Shown here piece by piece: positions 61,318 to 64,000 of a DNA stretch of 64,000 bases (its first letter is position 1; every line of letters begins with the position of its first letter). Below the pieces are notes generated by a model, which was not told where the DNA came from, did no database searches, and worked only from the letters and a program-made list of their open reading frames with translations. A program made the position numbers and the translations under genes. Location: positions 1,152,001-1,216,000 of the forward strand of contig OZ244905.1 in assembly GCA_965221695.1 (NCBI GenBank), given 5' to 3'. The DNA is from Gammaproteobacteria bacterium (lineage in GTDB: Bacteria; Pseudomonadota; Gammaproteobacteria; Eutrophobiales; Eutrophobiaceae).

Positions 61318-61326
61318 TTAAGTTAA

Positions 61327-61477
61327 GGAAACTCTGAACAAGTCCATCCTGGACTTGTCAGAGTACGGAAAACAAAAATGCGATTTTTGTTTTCCTCACA
61401 ATATCAATGCCTTACAGTCATTGATATTGACGATACATCCTTGTATCGTAGGAACCTCTGACTTAATCAGAGGTTCC
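61327..61477. mobile_element. Family A miniature element (151-bp five-hairpin form)
   Basis: TTAA|GGAAACTCTGAACAAGT...TCAGAGGTTCC|TTAG; IHF consensus TATCAATGCCTTA at 61402-61414. Confidence 0.88.
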
Positions 61478-61506
61478 TTAGAAATGTACCGGGTAAACCT
61501 GGCCGC

Positions 61507-63681
61507 TTAAATTCGTGTCGTCAAGCGGCGGTAGATGTCAGATACTTTATAAGGCAGTTTGCGCACATCATCGATCACGGTATAGTTGGGGCTGCCATAC
61601 ATGTAGGGCAGGTACTCCCTTGCCTCGTTGTCGATGGTGATGCAAAAAGGATAGACGCCACCGGCGCGGACTTCTGCGATGGCCTGGCGGGTGTCTTCCA
61701 TGCCGTAGCGCCCCCGGTAATCGCCGTAATCCTCGGGTTTGCCGTCTGACAGCGTAATCAGCAACCTGGACCTGGCCTTTACCGCCTGCAAGTGTTTGCC
61801 CAGGTGACGTATTGCCACGCCCATGCGTGTGTAGGTCCTGGGTTTGATGCCGCTGATCCGGGCGCGCACCAGCGCCGTGCAAGCCTCTTCAAACCGCTTG
61901 ATCCTGTAGATTTCACAACGCTTGTGTGTCCTGCCGGAAAACCCGTAGATGGCATACGGATCGGACAACAGCTCCAAGGCTTCACACAGTAGCGCCAGCG
62001 TCTCTCTTTCCACATGGTTGACCCAGCCGCGGGTGGAGCCGCTCATGTCCACCATGAACATCACCGCCACATCACGCCGGCTCATGTGGAAACAACTGTA
62101 CAGTTTCTCGCTCATCTCCAGGCCCTGCTGATGGTCAACACAGGCTTCCACCAGGGCGTCGAAATCGATCTCATCGCCAAAGCTCTGGCGCTTGCGCATC
62201 TCATACGCCTCGGCCATTGCCTCGAACGAACGGCGTACCGATCCCAGGTGAACACGGTATTTTTCCACTGTTTTGGCGAAAAAATCATCATAGACGGGTG
62301 TGACATCGATTTCCGTCAGCGCGCAGAAATGGTTGCGGTAGCGCTGCCTGGTGTAATCCCATTCCGGGTAATACAGCGGATTTTGCAGGTCGTAACCTGC
62401 CGCGGTATCGGTCTGGCTGACCTCACCCGAACCGGTTTCCGCATCCGGGTAACCGGAATAACCACCACTGACCTCCAGGTAGTCATCGGGCACATGACCC
62501 ATATCCTGAATGATCGACACCAGCAACTGTTTTACCTCATCATCGGCATCAACCTCCTGTTTCCCGAAAATCAGCGACAGCGCACCGATCCCCTGGTGTG
62601 CGCCGGTAAAGACAGCGTCAGGGTCGGCCCCGGTTACCGTCCAGGACGTATTGTCCAACGCGATGGTATCGGTACTTGCCGGGTTCGGCTGTTCCTGGCG
62701 CAGACGCGCCAGCGACTGTTGCAATTTGTGCTTCTGCTGCCGCACCCGTTCCCGCAGTATTTTCTCGACTGTTTCCGGAAAGTAGTCACCATGATAGGCC
62801 TTGCGTGCCGGAACCGGTCTCTCCAGGTTAGCGCTTATCCTGTCCATGCTGTCCATGGCTTTTGCGCCGGCCTGCAGCAGCAGGCGGTTGTCTTGATTCC
62901 AGCCCAGGTAACGCGCCCTGCTGTCTTCATCCTGGTTATCAAGCCGTTGCATCTCCCGGTACAAGCCCGGAAAATCCAGGGCCAGGCGCGCCTCCAGGCG
63001 CAGGCTCTCCAGAGTTGCGAAAACAGGCAGGGCAGCAGGCAGGTCGGGTAACTGCAACAGGCGTTCAAGCACATCCTGACGCCAGCTTCCGTAATAATTC
63101 TGTGCCCAGTGATAAACGGCGATCAGCTTGTACAGGGTTTCATTGTCACTGCGCGTGTCGAAGACATGCAAAAAAGTGGGCAGGTAAATCGACTCCGTGT
63201 CGGTAAATACGCGTTCTCCGCCAGTGATGCGCAGCGCACGGCCGCCGAGGCCGGTTAAATAGGACTCCAGAAAGGGTTCAAGTTCCTCCAGGCCCACGCC
63301 GGATCGCCGGGCGCGGTATTCTTCAACAAACGCATCCAGGTTTGTAATCACCTCAATCGCAGCGCCCAGGCCACGTTTGTCATAACCGTCCAGGATGGCC
63401 GTCATCCAGGCGTCAACGCCCTCTATTTCCAGCAGGGTTAACGCCCGGTCAAGCCGGCCAGAAAAATGCGCCTGCAGGTCGGGATGATCCCGCTGCAGAA
63501 CCTGTAACCAATGATCGACGCGCCGGCGCGCCACGGGGTCCAGCGCCGGCAGCGACTGGGCAAGGTCTTCCCCGCCAACTGTCGGAGACAAACCGCCTCC
63601 GACCGCGCGCCGCAAATGCGCGGGGATATGTACTCTGCCGGCGGCCTGTTCCGCCGCAGGGGGTGGAGCCGAACCGTCCAT
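61507..63681 (-). CDS. CbbO/NorD-like von Willebrand factor A domain protein
   Basis: FTDTESIYLP, YPEWDY, MIDAS DMSGST, YTRMGVAIRH, LSDGKPED. Confidence 0.88.
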   Translation of the reverse strand: MDGSAPPPAAEQAAGRVHIPAHLRRAVGGGLSPTVGGEDLAQSLPALDPVARRRVDHWLQVLQRDHPDLQAHFSGRLDRALTLLEIEGVDAWMTAILDGYDKRGLGAAIEVITNLDAFVEEYRARRSGVGLEELEPFLESYLTGLGGRALRITGGERVFTDTESIYLPTFLHVFDTRSDNETLYKLIAVYHWAQNYYGSWRQDVLERLLQLPDLPAALPVFATLESLRLEARLALDFPGLYREMQRLDNQDEDSRARYLGWNQDNRLLLQAGAKAMDSMDRISANLERPVPARKAYHGDYFPETVEKILRERVRQQKHKLQQSLARLRQEQPNPASTDTIALDNTSWTVTGADPDAVFTGAHQGIGALSLIFGKQEVDADDEVKQLLVSIIQDMGHVPDDYLEVSGGYSGYPDAETGSGEVSQTDTAAGYDLQNPLYYPEWDYTRQRYRNHFCALTEIDVTPVYDDFFAKTVEKYRVHLGSVRRSFEAMAEAYEMRKRQSFGDEIDFDALVEACVDHQQGLEMSEKLYSCFHMSRRDVAVMFMVDMSGSTRGWVNHVERETLALLCEALELLSDPYAIYGFSGRTHKRCEIYRIKRFEEACTALVRARISGIKPRTYTRMGVAIRHLGKHLQAVKARSRLLITLSDGKPEDYGDYRGRYGMEDTRQAIAEVRAGGVYPFCITIDNEAREYLPYMYGSPNYTVIDDVRKLPYKVSDIYRRLTTRI

Positions 63682-63712
63682 TAACGGTAATCGATACGGC
63701 CAGGGCGGAGGT

Positions 63713-64000
63713 TTACAACACCGACGCGCAAAGTTCCCTGACCGTTTTCAGCATTTCTTCATCATCGGTGAGCGCCTGGTTCACCGCTGTCTCACAGGCC
63801 TGCCGGGGGACAATGCCATGCCGGATCAACTTGGCTGCATTCACGATCAACCGGGTACTCGCGCCTTCTATCAGCCCGCTGTTTTTAAGGTTCCGGGTCA
63901 TATCGGCAAACCTGACCAGCATTGTGGCTGTTGCCGCGTCGACGCCTGTTTCTTTCACCAGGATCTCCGTTTCCCGGTCGGGCTGGGGGTAAGAAAAATC
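63713..64000 (-). CDS. CbbQ/NirQ/NorQ AAA+ ATPase, C-terminal part (runs off the window)
   Basis: DFSYP...ETEIL...TRNLK...LIEGASTRLIV...ALTDD. Confidence 0.85.
   Translation of the reverse strand, partial: DFSYPQPDRETEILVKETGVDAATATMLVRFADMTRNLKNSGLIEGASTRLIVNAAKLIRHGIVPRQACETAVNQALTDDEEMLKTVRELCASVL

Noticed and set aside
61220-61325. 6S, SRP or tRNA gene
   Set aside because: Too short for 6S, no SRP GGAA-loop motif, and no cloverleaf or T-loop

Overview
A GC-rich gammaproteobacterial chromosome segment made mostly of housekeeping genes: rng-yhdP-mnmA, acnA-tsaB, gcvH, cpdA, asnS, a YoaA/DinG helicase, efp, parC/parE, rubrerythrin-Fe-S oxidoreductase-DUF3501, xseB-ispA, mazG, an Lpp/OprI-like lipoprotein with an L,D-transpeptidase, ampG, a molybdenum-cofactor/formate cluster (moaABCDE, mobAB, moeA, fdhD), and a partial CbbQ/NorQ-CbbO/NorD pair at the right end. 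The accessory content has six parts. (1) A 1.8-kaa RTX/PPC protein gene sits between parE and parC. (2) A Dke1-type beta-diketone dioxygenase is paired with a TonB-dependent receptor and an AraC regulator. (3) A toxin-antitoxin 'graveyard' keeps intact antitoxins while the toxins are deleted. (4) pqqB occurs without other pqq genes. (5) An AT-rich, promoter-equipped three-gene cassette (58117-59966) ends in an ADP-ribosyltransferase-like gene and is the best candidate for an undescribed toxin/defence system. (6) A modular family of IS5-end-like miniature elements (about 30-225 bp, 11 copies) shows covarying hairpins. No rRNA, tRNA, CRISPR array, transposase or integrase was seen. All family calls come from motif recognition by eye, not database searches.
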